Source: Vicinamibacteria bacterium
Lineage (GTDB): Bacteria > Acidobacteriota > Vicinamibacteria > Marinacidobacterales > Marinacidobacteraceae
Reading direction: 5' to 3'
Length of the DNA stretch: 64,000 nucleotides
Assembly (NCBI GenBank): GCA_963668695.2
Contig: CAXXLQ010000004.1
Location: 448,001-512,000 of the forward strand
Part shown: piece by piece, positions 29,940 to 39,176 of the stretch
Position numbering within the stretch: position 1 is the first letter of the stretch
How the letters are laid out: the number at the start of each line of letters is the position of its first letter
Program-made: the position numbers and the translations under genes
The notes under the pieces: generated by a model
What the model was told of the DNA's origin: nothing
What the model saw: only the letters and a program-made list of their open reading frames with translations
Databases searched by the model: none

Positions 29940-30677
29940 GTGCTCCCCGAGCTCGCGACGCTCCGGGAAGTTCAGGGCTTCGATATACGGCTCGGCGCCT
30001 ACGATCGGGAACTCGCGCAGGCTCCCCGCACCCTGAAGGGCATCGACGCCGAGATCGAGGCGGCCAAATCCCGCGTGATGGCGGTGGAGGAGGAACTCAA
30101 GGAGACGGGGGCCGAACGGCGGCGGGCCGAGACCGAACTCGAAGAAGCCGAGGCGAACCTCGACAAGTACGAAGACCAGCTGCTCGGAGCGCGCAGCAAC
30201 GTCGAATACAAGGGACTGCAACAGCAGATCGCCAGCACGAAGACGAGAATCGGGACGATCGAAGACCGGATCCTCGAGCTCATGGAGAAGGCCGACGAGT
30301 TGGAAAAGAAGCTGGCCGACCGCAAACGGACGTTTCATGATCGGGGTGCCGTGCTGGAAACGCGAAAGACCGAGATTCGGTCCCACGCCCGGCAACAGGA
30401 AGACAAACGGGATCAGCTTCGCCAGCGGCGCGCGGCGGCCTTTACCGGTCTTTCCGAGGAGATCGCGTTCCGCTACGAGCGAATCCGCGGGGCACGCCGC
30501 GGTATTGCGGTGGCGCCCGTGAGGGATGAGCGCTGCACCGGGTGCAACGTGCGCTTACGGCCCCAGCTCCTTGAGGAAATGCACGTGGGACGCTCGATCC
30601 TGGCCTGCGAGACCTGCGCCCGCATCCTGTTCCTGGAACGGTCACCGGCCCCACCGGCCCCACGGGCCCCTGCATGA
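29940..30677 (+). CDS. Coiled-coil plus C4 zinc-ribbon protein (DUF164 type)
   Basis: Long coiled coil, CTGC...CETCARIL; GTG start inferred. Confidence 0.85.
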   Translation: MLPELATLREVQGFDIRLGAYDRELAQAPRTLKGIDAEIEAAKSRVMAVEEELKETGAERRRAETELEEAEANLDKYEDQLLGARSNVEYKGLQQQIASTKTRIGTIEDRILELMEKADELEKKLADRKRTFHDRGAVLETRKTEIRSHARQQEDKRDQLRQRRAAAFTGLSEEIAFRYERIRGARRGIAVAPVRDERCTGCNVRLRPQLLEEMHVGRSILACETCARILFLERSPAPPAPRAPA

Positions 30678-32362
30678 GCCGGCTTCTGAGGGAGCGGGCC
30701 GAGAAAAGGCGCGCTCGGGAAACCTGGCTTGAAGACGCGGACGCCGGCCTGGGGGTTCCGCCTGCAAGCGATACCCAACGGGGACTCCGGGTCGCCGTCG
30801 GCTACCCCAATCGTTACGCGCTCGGGATGTCCAACGTGGGCTTTCAGGCCGTCCATCGCTTCTTTCATCTGTTGCCGGACACGGCGAGCGAGCGGTTCTT
30901 CCTTCCCGACCGGGCCGAAATGGACGAATACCGGAGGACCGGGCTTCCTCTGCGTACGCTCGAGAGCGGGAGTCCCGTCCGGGGTTTCGATGTGGTGGCG
31001 TTTTCGATCACCTTCGAACCCGACCTCATCCACCTCGTCGAGATGCTGCAACTCGCCGGCATCCCCCCGTTGGCGGCGGATCGCAGCGCCCGGGACCCAC
31101 TGGTCATCGCCGGCGGGCCGGTCACGTTCCTGAACCCCGAGCCCCTCGCCCCGTTCATCGACGCCTTCGGAGTCGGAGAGGCGGAGGCGCTGCTTCCGAC
31201 CCTCAGCGGGATCCTGCAAGCGGAGACCCGGGACCAGCGCCTCCGAGGTTTTGCCGAAGAATCCGGGTTCTACGTACCGGCCACCCACGAGGTCGAGTAC
31301 GCGCCGGAAGGGCAAGTGCTCAGCCGCCGCGTCCAGGGTGCGCCGCGGGTGGTGCGGGCCCGCATGGGCAAGGATGCGCGGTTCCCGCCTCCGGCCACCT
31401 ACATCCTCACCCAGGACACCGAGATGTCGGACAAGTTCCTGGTCGAGGTATCGCGCGGCTGCCCCACGCTCTGCCGGTTCTGCTGGGCCGGCTACAACTA
31501 TCTGCCGAAGCGTTCCTTCGACGTGGAGCGTCTGCTGGCGCTGGCCCGCATGGCTCGCCCTCACACCGACCGGATCGGGCTGGTTTCCACCGCGGTGGGC
31601 GCGCACCGCGAAATCGTCCCGCTGGTTTCGGATCTCCGGGATCAGCGATTCCGGGTCAGCGTTTCCTCCATTCGCTTCGAGGATGTCCGCGACGAGTTCG
31701 TCCGGCCGCTCGCCGAGAGCGGGGAGCGCACCGTCGCCATCGCCCCCGAGGTCGGCACCGACCGGCTGCGGAAAGCGATCCACAAGCGGGTCACGAACGA
31801 CGAGATCCTGGACAAGACGAAGATCTTGCTCGACGCGGGAATCGAGAACCTGAAGCTCTACCTGATGGTGGGGCTGCCGGGGGAAACCGACACCGACGTG
31901 GAAGCCATCGTCCCGCTGGTGCGCCGCATCCGCGACCTCGTGCGGGCGAAACGGCGCGGCGGCCGCACCATTGCAAGCGTCAACCCCTTCATCCCGAAGC
32001 CGGGCACTCCCTTCCAGTGGCGCCCCATGGCGCCGCTTCCGCTGCTGACCGCGCGGATCCGGTATCTGCAACGCGAGCTGGGCGCTCTCGCCGGGGTCGA
32101 AGCGCACTGCAAGTCCCCGCGCATGGAACGCCTCCAGGCGCTCCTGGCCCTGGGCGACCGCCGTCTCGCCCCGGTCATCCTCGCGCTCGCCAACGGACGC
32201 GGCCTGAACCGAAGCCTCAAGGATGCCGGACTGTCGCTCGACGCCTACCTCTACCGGCAGCGGGCGCTCGACGAGGAACTCCCCTGGAGTTTCCTCGACA
32301 CCGGCATGAAGGACAGCCTGCTCAAGGACCAGCTCGCCAAGGCCGACCAACTCGTCGCGTAG
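30674..32362 (+). CDS. Radical SAM protein (B12-binding/TIGR03960-like)
   Basis: YPNRYALGMSN, RGCPTLCRFC, MVGLPGET, FIPKPGTPFQW. Confidence 0.88.
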   Translation: MSRLLRERAEKRRARETWLEDADAGLGVPPASDTQRGLRVAVGYPNRYALGMSNVGFQAVHRFFHLLPDTASERFFLPDRAEMDEYRRTGLPLRTLESGSPVRGFDVVAFSITFEPDLIHLVEMLQLAGIPPLAADRSARDPLVIAGGPVTFLNPEPLAPFIDAFGVGEAEALLPTLSGILQAETRDQRLRGFAEESGFYVPATHEVEYAPEGQVLSRRVQGAPRVVRARMGKDARFPPPATYILTQDTEMSDKFLVEVSRGCPTLCRFCWAGYNYLPKRSFDVERLLALARMARPHTDRIGLVSTAVGAHREIVPLVSDLRDQRFRVSVSSIRFEDVRDEFVRPLAESGERTVAIAPEVGTDRLRKAIHKRVTNDEILDKTKILLDAGIENLKLYLMVGLPGETDTDVEAIVPLVRRIRDLVRAKRRGGRTIASVNPFIPKPGTPFQWRPMAPLPLLTARIRYLQRELGALAGVEAHCKSPRMERLQALLALGDRRLAPVILALANGRGLNRSLKDAGLSLDAYLYRQRALDEELPWSFLDTGMKDSLLKDQLAKADQLVA

Positions 32363-32456
32363 ACGCGTAGAGCGGTCCGAAACCGGGGCCGTCGTTTACC
32401 GATTGGGGGGTACTGACACCCGCGTGTTTTGGGATGGGCCCCGGTTCCGACAGGCG

Positions 32457-32487
32457 GGCAGCGAACAAGTTCGCTGCCATCTTTTCT
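32457..32487 (+). terminator. Perfect hairpin between convergent genes, possible intrinsic terminator
   Basis: GGCAGCGAAC-AA-GTTCGCTGCC followed by ATCTTTT. Confidence 0.45.
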
Positions 32488-32595
32488 CGGCGCTCGGCGC
32501 ATTGCCATCGCCCGCCAGAGACCAGCAGAAGCCACATAACGTCACCAACCCTGGCGGCGCGTTCCCAGGCGTCCGCGGCTAAGGGAGGAGGCGAT

Positions 32596-32862
32596 TCAGC
32601 GCTGCGGTATCTCGGGCTCCTCGACAGGAGCCGCAGCCGAGGAATCGACGTCGGAAACCGCACTCCGACTCCGCCGTTCGTCACTCAGCTCGCGCATCTC
32701 TTTGAGACTCCCCACCCGGGTGATGGTCGTTGTAATCTCGTCCCTGCGAAACGAGGCAGTCGCCACCGCCAAAGAGATAAGCGCGACCGTGATCGCCACC
32801 ATCAGCGCGGCGGCAATGAGAAGCCACTTGCCACGGCTCTTGGGAAAAGGCTTCCGGGGCAT
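32596..32862 (-). CDS. Small hypothetical membrane protein
   Basis: Basic N-terminus plus TM helix, directly downstream of pgeF. Confidence 0.5.
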   Translation of the reverse strand: MPRKPFPKSRGKWLLIAAALMVAITVALISLAVATASFRRDEITTTITRVGSLKEMRELSDERRSRSAVSDVDSSAAAPVEEPEIPQR

Positions 32863-32875
32863 TTCTGCTGCGCCT

Positions 32876-33769
32876 CTATCCGATCGCGGCGGTCCCGACC
32901 TTCGGCCCCTCAACCACCACCACCACCACCACCGACCAGTTCCGTCCCACCCCCGAACCCTCGCGGCGATAGGAGTGAAACGCCGGATGGCACCGGGTGC
33001 AGAGCCCAGTGTCCTCGATCGCCTCCTCCCGCAGTCCCGCGTCGAGGAGCTGGAGGCGGTTCGCGAGCACCAGGTCGAGATGGGGTCTACCGCGTGACAG
33101 ACGGGCCTCCGCATCCGGCCAGAGCGCGATCCGGCCGATGTCGTGCCCGTCTTCGGTGAACGCGGAAACGACTTCGGGACCTACCTCGAAACAGCAGGCA
33201 CGGATGGAGGGGCCGATGACGGCCGCGAGCCGCGAAGGAGGGGCGCCCGCCTCCGCGGCGAGCGCGCGGGCCGCCTTCCCGACAACCCGCACCAGCGTGC
33301 CCCTCCAGCCCGCGTGAACTCCCGCCACCGCGCCGGAGACGGGGTCCGCGAGCAACACCGGAACGCAATCGGCGGCCTTGATGGCGACGCCGGTGTTGGC
33401 GGAGCAGGCGATCAGCGCATCCCCCGGAGGTGGAGTCGGGTACCGCGCCTGATCGGCCGCTACCTGCACGCGGTCCCCGTGCACCTGCCGCAGGGAATGG
33501 AGGACATGCGCACCGGTGGCGTGTTCAAGGAGTTCCAAATCTCTATCGGCCTGGTCCCGGACTCCGAGAAACGGGGCGTCCGGCTGCCGGTTCCGTACTC
33601 GGCAGGTGAAGCCGTGGAGGGCGGGGAAGCGCGCGGAGACGAGCGCTTCGATCGGCTCTCCCGAAGTGGACGCGTTCGCGGCGCCGGACCCGAACTCCTG
33701 CCAACGGAAGCCGTCCGGAGGATCGGGAAGAGTGAACCGCGCCGGCAGGGCGTCTGCGTCAGACGTCAT
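32876..33769 (-). CDS. pgeF: Peptidoglycan editing factor PgeF (YfiH)
   Basis: QVHG, ADCVPVL, HAGWRG, GPSIRACCFEVG, SYRR. Confidence 0.92.
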   Translation of the reverse strand: MTSDADALPARFTLPDPPDGFRWQEFGSGAANASTSGEPIEALVSARFPALHGFTCRVRNRQPDAPFLGVRDQADRDLELLEHATGAHVLHSLRQVHGDRVQVAADQARYPTPPPGDALIACSANTGVAIKAADCVPVLLADPVSGAVAGVHAGWRGTLVRVVGKAARALAAEAGAPPSRLAAVIGPSIRACCFEVGPEVVSAFTEDGHDIGRIALWPDAEARLSRGRPHLDLVLANRLQLLDAGLREEAIEDTGLCTRCHPAFHSYRREGSGVGRNWSVVVVVVVEGPKVGTAAIG

Positions 33770-33879
33770 GTTGTCGAGCGCCGAGCTGGATGGCGGCAGG
33801 CACGTCCGTCATTGCGGGGAACACGGGCGGGAGGGCCATCCGTACGATCCAGGCCATGTCTCTCGCCCGCCTCCGGCGG

Positions 33880-34105
33880 GCTGTGCCGGTCTGGAGGCCC
33901 CCACCGGGAGGACTGGCCGGCGTTCCCTCCCGGCGGCACCACGGGGATGTTGAGCAGTGCGCAGTCTCGCTGCGCTTCGCGCAGCGGTGCCGGCCCCCGC
34001 CGGGAGAACTGGCCAGAGGTTGGCGTTCCCCGGCCTGAATCCCGCAAGGGCAGACAGCAACGCGCCGTTCCGCGGCCCTGCGGGCCGCGGGTGCCGACCG
34101 GAGGT
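33880..34105. repeat. REP-like hairpin cluster with two 18-bp units; the last hairpin is the IS110 target
   Basis: TGCCGGTCTGGAGG[unit]CCGGCGTTCCC, TGCCGG[unit]CCAGAGGTTGGCGTTCCC, TGCCGACCGGAGGTC. Confidence 0.75.
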
Positions 34106-34119
34106 CTATACCCTTCGGA

Positions 34120-34335
34120 CTTCGTTTTCTGGGCCCTCCGGTGTGAGAGGCACCGAAGGGCCCTACTTCACCAACCTGTTAGCCGATCCGCCGGGAGCAA
34201 CCAACCGGAGGCATGTGTTTCGAACACCTACGCCGGACTGTGCCTCGACGGATCTTGGCCGTGATGGAACGCACGGTAGAAGGGCAGCGCCATCGAGCAG
34301 CCAGTATAGGCCCCAGCGAACATCACGGCGGCTGA
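34120..34335 (+). ncRNA. Predicted IS110 bridge RNA (ends approximate)
   Basis: Two stem-bounded internal loops with segments matching the target (34204-34211, 34230-34238) and the donor junction (34275-34283, 34304-34311). Confidence 0.8.
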
Positions 34336-34374
34336 CTTCCCTCGGGGGGCTTCCCTCGGAAGGACAACAGCGCC

Positions 34375-35622
34375 ATGACATCTCCTTTTCTGTTTTTCGT
34401 CGGCATCGATTGGGGCTCGACGACCCACCATGGATGCCTGCTGGAGGCGAACGGTTCGGTTCGCGGCAGCCGGGCCTTTCCCCACGGCGGCGCGGGCCAG
34501 GCGGAGCTCGTCCGCTGGCTCCTGGACGAGACCGGGGCCGCCCCCGGGCAGCTCGCGGTCGCCATCGAGACGCCCCACGGGCCGGTCGTCGAGGGCTTGC
34601 TGGTCGCCGGCTTTGCGGTGTTCGCCATCGGTCCCGCCCAGATCCGCGGCTCCCGGCGCCGCTACGTCTCCTCCGGGGCGAAGGACGACCCCCGCGATGC
34701 CTGGATGCTCGCTCGCGCCCTCCGCGCCGACCCCGACCTCTTCCGACGGGTCGAACTCGAGAAGCCTCTCGTCCTCCAACTGCGCGAACGCACCCGGACC
34801 ATCAACGAACTCACCTGCCAGCGCACCCGGCTCTGCCACCAGATCCGCCAGCAGCTCTGGCGCTACTACCCCCAACTGCTCGCGATCCCCGACCTCCTCA
34901 ATCAACTCACCCACCCCTGGTTCCGAGAGCTCTGGAACAAGGCCAAAACCCCCGCACTCGCCCTCAAGCTGCGCGTCTCCACCCTCGCCAAACTCCTCAA
35001 AAAGCACGGCATCCGGCGACTGAACGCCAAAGGCCTGTGGGAGATCCTGCACGCCCCCGCGCTCACCGTCGCCCCCGGAGCCGCCGAGGCCGCCTGCCGC
35101 GCCCTCCAAAGCCTCTTCGCCCAGGCACACACCACCAACCAACTCCTCGCCCAGGCACGAGAAGACGTCCGTGAACTGCTGAAGGCCTTCTCCCAGGCCC
35201 ACCCCGACGACGAACGACCCGACGACATGACCCTCCTCCGCTCCCTCCCCGGTGTCGGGGGCTACGTCCTCAGCACCTTGTTCGCCGAAGCCTTCGACCT
35301 CTTCCAACGCCGCGACTACCCCGCCCTCCGCGCCCGCTCCGGAGTCGCCCCCGTCAGCATCCAGTCCGGCAATACCCGCTGGGAGATCCGCCGCCTCGCC
35401 GTCCAGCACGAACTCCGCAACGCTCTCTACCACTGGGCCCGCGTCGCCGCCGTCCACGATCCCCTCAGCAAAGCCCGCTACCGCGCCCTCCGCGCCCGCG
35501 GCCACTCCCACGGACGCGCCCTCCGCACCGTCGGCGACCGGCTCCTCGCCGTCGCCTGCGCCATGCTCAAAAACGGAACCCTCTACGACCCGAAGCTCTC
35601 CCGAGACAAGCTCGCCGCCTGA
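34375..35622 (+). CDS. IS110-family DEDD recombinase/transposase
   Basis: FVGIDWG, AIE, KDDPRDA, SLPGVG, GVAPVSIQSG. Confidence 0.95.
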   Translation: MTSPFLFFVGIDWGSTTHHGCLLEANGSVRGSRAFPHGGAGQAELVRWLLDETGAAPGQLAVAIETPHGPVVEGLLVAGFAVFAIGPAQIRGSRRRYVSSGAKDDPRDAWMLARALRADPDLFRRVELEKPLVLQLRERTRTINELTCQRTRLCHQIRQQLWRYYPQLLAIPDLLNQLTHPWFRELWNKAKTPALALKLRVSTLAKLLKKHGIRRLNAKGLWEILHAPALTVAPGAAEAACRALQSLFAQAHTTNQLLAQAREDVRELLKAFSQAHPDDERPDDMTLLRSLPGVGGYVLSTLFAEAFDLFQRRDYPALRARSGVAPVSIQSGNTRWEIRRLAVQHELRNALYHWARVAAVHDPLSKARYRALRARGHSHGRALRTVGDRLLAVACAMLKNGTLYDPKLSRDKLAA

Positions 35623-35941
35623 GCAACTCCTCCAAAGAAAAAAGGATCTTCAAGGTGAGCCGGTGGGAAGTGTGGGAAACGCGCCCCTCTCCGCCGCGGC
35701 CGGCGAACAACCGCCGCCGTGGTGCCGCGTTTTCCAAGTCCTGGGGAAATCGCTTCCCGCCCCGCCGGCCCCCGAAGCCCAAACCCACCTCCCATCCCGA
35801 TTTCCCCGGGACGGCACTTTCCACCGGATACCGAGCACCCGCCCGCAGCCCTCCTTCCCCCTTGACAAAAAGGTAGAAGGTCCGGCGTTCCCTGACCTTC
35901 GCGCCACGGTGCCGGCTGGAGGCGGGCGGTCCCTTGCCCCC

Positions 35942-37669
35942 CTACCGCCGGCGGTGGAGGTAGGCAGGCGTATCGAGGTCGCCCCACCGGTCGTCTCCCA
36001 CATGCCCGGGGAGGGACATGGGCTCATCGATTACCAGCCGTGAGCTGCCGGCGCCCGGAGCACTCGCGGCACTTTCCTGGCCCGCCCCGGGGTCGCTTCC
36101 CATCGCTTCCGCGCGGTCGGTCCCGGAAGCGGCGATGGTGGGACGGGTCCCGAGTTTCGGGATGGTCCGGCCGACTCTCACGGTAGCGGCCGCATCGGCC
36201 TGGGCCACCGGCCCGGACCGGCCGGACGCGGGGGTCGCTCCCCGGGCTCCAAACGTACCGGTCGCGCGGTTCGTGAAGCGGGCGAAGTCGTGAGGGGTCG
36301 CTCCCGCTCGGCTTCGGTCGGGGAAGCCGGTGGCAACCACCGTAACCTTGATCTCGCCCGTCTTGTCCATCGCCGGGTCGAGTGCGGTCCCGATCAGGAC
36401 GTTGTCTCCCGGTTCCGCGTCCGCGGATCCGTAGATTCCCGTCGCTTCGGGAGCCACCGCGTCGCGGACGACCTCAACGGCGCGCTGGACCTCGTTCAGC
36501 GTGAGGCTCTCACCGCCCGTTACGTTGACGATGATGCTCGACGCTCCCTTGATCGAGGTGTCCTCGAGCAACGGCGAAGAAATCGCCGCTTCGGTCGCTT
36601 CCTCGACGCGATTGTCGCCCGAGGCCTGTCCAATGCCCATCACGGCGTCGCCGCGGAGCCGCATGGCGGAACGAACGTCGGCAAAGTCCAGGTTGATCTC
36701 TCCCGGCACCTGGATCAGGTCGGAAATTCCCTGAACGGCCTGGCGCACCACATCGTCGGCACACCGGAACGCGTCCCGGATCTTGAGGTTCCCGTACACC
36801 TCCACGACCCGGTCGTTCGGGACGCAGATGAGGGTATCCACAAACTCGCGGAGTTCCCGGATCCCGTCGTTGGCGGTCGTCTTCCGGCGCCTGCCCTCGA
36901 CGGTCATCGGCTTGGTCGCCACCGCGACGCAGAGGGCCTTGATTTCCTGGACCACGCAGGCGATCACCGGCGCCGCGCCGGTGCCGGTGCCACCTCCCTC
37001 ACCCACGGTGATGAAGACCATGTCGGCGCCCGCCAGCGCGTCGATGAGCAGGTTGATGTCGTCGCGCGCCGCCGACCTGCCGACTTCCGGATCGCCGCCG
37101 CAGCCGAGCCCGCCGGTGCGCTCGCTTCCCAATTGAATCTTCACCGGGGCCTTTGACAGTTCGAGAACCTGAGCGTCGGTGTTCGCGGCAATGAACTCCA
37201 CTCCGGTCACCCCGGCCTCGATCATCCGGTTGACAGCGTTGCCACCGCCGCCGCCGACGCCAATGACCTTGATGACGGCCCGTCTTTCCTGCACGTCGTC
37301 GGGAGCCGCCGAGGGCGGTTCCGCCGTCACGGCGGGCGGGGCGCCGGTCGTGGACTCGACTTCCTCCGCTTCAGCCGGTGGCTTCGTGTTCGTGGCGGCC
37401 GGCTCCTCCACCGCCACGGATCGTTCGGCACGCTCCCAAGGCGCGGCTTCCGGCGTCGCCGCCTCCGGTGTCACCGCCTCCTCCGGGTCCGCAGACTCGT
37501 CCTTGGGGGCAGCGCCCGCGCTGGCAAAGAGCGCCGGCTGGACGGCGGGCGGGGACGCCGCGGCGGCCTCCGGCCGCGAGTCCTCGGGCGGCGAGGACTT
37601 CTCCGTTTTCGGGATCCCGGCTTCGGGATCGCTGGCCTTGGGCGTCGTTTCTTCGGCGAAGAAGATCAT
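35942..37669 (-). CDS. ftsZ: Cell division protein FtsZ with long N-terminal low-complexity extension
   Basis: IKVIGVGGGGGNAV, GGGTGTG, INLDFADV, C-terminal LDTPAYLHRR; RBS AAGGAG before ATG 37669. Confidence 0.95.
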   Translation of the reverse strand: MIFFAEETTPKASDPEAGIPKTEKSSPPEDSRPEAAAASPPAVQPALFASAGAAPKDESADPEEAVTPEAATPEAAPWERAERSVAVEEPAATNTKPPAEAEEVESTTGAPPAVTAEPPSAAPDDVQERRAVIKVIGVGGGGGNAVNRMIEAGVTGVEFIAANTDAQVLELSKAPVKIQLGSERTGGLGCGGDPEVGRSAARDDINLLIDALAGADMVFITVGEGGGTGTGAAPVIACVVQEIKALCVAVATKPMTVEGRRRKTTANDGIRELREFVDTLICVPNDRVVEVYGNLKIRDAFRCADDVVRQAVQGISDLIQVPGEINLDFADVRSAMRLRGDAVMGIGQASGDNRVEEATEAAISSPLLEDTSIKGASSIIVNVTGGESLTLNEVQRAVEVVRDAVAPEATGIYGSADAEPGDNVLIGTALDPAMDKTGEIKVTVVATGFPDRSRAGATPHDFARFTNRATGTFGARGATPASGRSGPVAQADAAATVRVGRTIPKLGTRPTIAASGTDRAEAMGSDPGAGQESAASAPGAGSSRLVIDEPMSLPGHVGDDRWGDLDTPAYLHRRR

Positions 37670-37713
37670 GGATTCGCTCCTTGTTCTTGGGGTGGCTGCA
37701 GGGCGCCCCGTAG

Positions 37714-37892
37714 CAGTTCGTGGATAGAGTGACGTGAGCACCGAGATCGGCGAGGCGCCTGGCTGACAAGGCGCGCGAGGGAGGAATACCCGGTGTATTT
37801 CGACCGACGCGCAACGATGAGCGACGCGAAGCGGTGCTGTTCAGCCAGGATGCATCGCCGGTCGAATGCCGCGTGACTCTGTTCACGGGCTG
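37714..37892. mobile_element. MITE family A, empty copy (179 bp) between ftsA and ftsZ
   Basis: Degenerate TIRs, conserved core. Confidence 0.85.
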
Positions 37893-37913
37893 CTTCAGGG
37901 GCTGGGAAAGTGT

Positions 37914-39176
37914 TCATTGCGCCTTCTTGAGGACCCGCCTCAGGCCGTCGCCGATCGCGCGGCGAAGGGAACGGGTCGCGGGGGTTCGCTGGCGCTGGAC
38001 CAGGCCGTAGCGGCAAAGACCCATGGCGCAGGCGAAGTGGGGGCGCGTCGCCAGATCGCGCCGCCCGGTCAACTCCCGGGGACCACGGCTCTCGACGTCG
38101 GCGCCAAATACCAACCGGGCGACGTCGCTCAGCCCGTCGAGGTTGGCTCCCCCTCCGGTGAGCACCAAGCTACCCGGGATCTCCCGAAGCACGCGGCGCA
38201 ACTGGTCGCGGATCTTGGTGAAATCGCTCTCCGCGCGCCGCTGCAGGACATCGGCGAGCAGCCGGCGGCGCCACTGCTTGGGGTAGCCGCCACCCGAAAC
38301 CCGAATTTCGAAGTAGTCGTCTTCCGGAACCTTGTCCACGAGGGCAACCCCGTAGCGGCGCTTCGCGTGCTCGGCGTGGGCATGGGACGTCTTCAATCCG
38401 TAGGCAAGATCGCGCGTGTAGGCTCGCCCGCCACTCGGCATCAGGTCCGAATGCCACAGCGCGCCGCGCCGGAACACCGCGATGTCGGTGGTCATGGCTC
38501 CGATGTCCAGGAGGACGACCCCTCCCTGCCGTTCTTCCTCGTCCAGGACCGCGTAGCCGGTCGCGAGCGGGGCGGCCACCAGGCGCTCGACCCGGATACC
38601 GGCCCCATTCACCGCCTCTTCGAGGTTGCGCAACGTGAGGCGCGGGCAACTGACCAGATGGACGTAGGACTCGATCTTCTCCCCGGTCCAGCCCGTCGGA
38701 TCGTCGGTGGGATCGAGGTCGTCCACCCAGAACTCCTGGGGCAACGCGTGCAGAAGTTCGTACGGTGGGCGAAGCCAGGCCGTGCCGCCGTCCCGGGGCA
38801 CCGCCGCCATGACGGCCCGGTACACGTCGGACTCGCCGATCCGGCGGCGCGGCTCCAGGATGGAAATCGCGCCGGACGAGTTGATGCTGCGACGGGTCCT
38901 GCTGCCCACTGAGACGAAGGCCGACCCGACTTCCACACCTGCGGTCTGTTCGACCTCCTCGACCGCCTGACGCACGGCTTCGGTGACCCCTCCCTGCCGC
39001 ACGACTTCCCCGTACTGGACGGAATTCCGTGACTCCGCCTGCCCGACCGCCAATACCTCGAGCTGCGTAGCCTCCTCCGTCCCGGAGGGGTTGTCGGGCA
39101 CGCGGGCGAGCACGGTCCGCACGTGATCGGATCCGATATCGATGCCGCAGAGCAGATCCGTTGTCCTCGTCGTCAC
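37914..39176 (-). CDS. ftsA: Cell division protein FtsA
   Basis: GIDIGS, LLDIGAMTTD, VLTGGGANL; position in dcw cluster. Confidence 0.93.
   Translation of the reverse strand: MTTRTTDLLCGIDIGSDHVRTVLARVPDNPSGTEEATQLEVLAVGQAESRNSVQYGEVVRQGGVTEAVRQAVEEVEQTAGVEVGSAFVSVGSRTRRSINSSGAISILEPRRRIGESDVYRAVMAAVPRDGGTAWLRPPYELLHALPQEFWVDDLDPTDDPTGWTGEKIESYVHLVSCPRLTLRNLEEAVNGAGIRVERLVAAPLATGYAVLDEEERQGGVVLLDIGAMTTDIAVFRRGALWHSDLMPSGGRAYTRDLAYGLKTSHAHAEHAKRRYGVALVDKVPEDDYFEIRVSGGGYPKQWRRRLLADVLQRRAESDFTKIRDQLRRVLREIPGSLVLTGGGANLDGLSDVARLVFGADVESRGPRELTGRRDLATRPHFACAMGLCRYGLVQRQRTPATRSLRRAIGDGLRRVLKKAQ

Larger units (their letters stand above)
34104..35881 (+). mobile_element. IS110-family element
   Basis: AGGTC shared at both junctions, no long TIRs, TTGACA at the right end; flanks rejoin to a REP-like hairpin. 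Confidence 0.88.

Noticed and set aside
37670-37917. MITE as an in-frame part of ftsZ
   Set aside because: A good RBS and ATG at 37669 lie downstream of the element, so the MITE is intergenic.
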